A stretch of DNA of 64,000 nucleotides, taken from contig OX597823.1 in NCBI GenBank assembly GCA_951406725.2, positions 58,466,001-58,530,000 on the forward strand. The letters are read 5' to 3'. The notes beneath the pieces are model-generated. The model was given only the letters and a program-made list of their open reading frames with translations. It was not told the origin of the DNA and did no database searches. Position numbers and translations under genes: made by a program. The DNA comes from Octopus vulgaris. Taxonomy: Eukaryota. The stretch's first letter is position 1; each line of letters opens with the position of its first letter. Of this stretch, positions 63,735-64,000 are shown in pieces.

Positions 63735-64000
63735 AGTCAAATGGCCTAGTGGTTAGGGCAATCAGCTCACAGCTGTAAAGTTGTAAGTTCAATTCCTGAC
63801 AGCATGTTGTGTCCTTGAGCAGGGCACTTTGTTTCCAAGTTGCTCCAGTCCACTCAACTGGCAAAGATTAGTTGTACCTATAATTCAAAGGGTTCACCTT
63901 GTAACATTCTGTGTCATGCTGAACCCCCAGCGAACTATGCTAAGAGTACACTTGCCTGTGGAGTGCTCAACCATTTGCATGTTAATTTCATGAGCAGGCT
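63735..64000 (+). mobile_element. SINE family C
   Basis: TGGCCTAGTGGTTAGGGCA A box, AGTTCAATTCC B box, GTGTCCTTGAGCAGGGCACTT. Confidence 0.75.

Overview
AT-rich, microsatellite-dense animal genomic DNA. The repeat repertoire (three tRNA-head SINE families, RTE LINE 3' ends with (GAT)n tails, very long (AT)n arrays) suggests a coleoid cephalopod such as Octopus; this is inference. Most ORFs in the track are simple-repeat or SINE artefacts. The window appears to hold the CpG-retaining 5' end of an unidentified + strand gene (coding exon 2890-3008) followed by a long repeat-filled intronic region, with a candidate 30-nt microexon and several weak candidate downstream exons. Mobile elements include a 5'-truncated RTE LINE with an open PHD-finger/RT C-terminal frame, DD41D Tc1/mariner relics (one a foldback of two right ends), a mariner deletion derivative, a deleted piggyBac, and piggyBac-, hAT- and pogo-type MITEs. 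The most unusual signal is a set of at least four sequence-unrelated type I hammerhead-ribozyme motifs of the Penelope-like-element kind. One has a G3:C8 swapped catalytic core and one has a very long stem II; two sit in long palindromes flanked by (AT)n. A 44-nt 28S rRNA fragment is also present. All calls were made by eye; no database search or folding was run.
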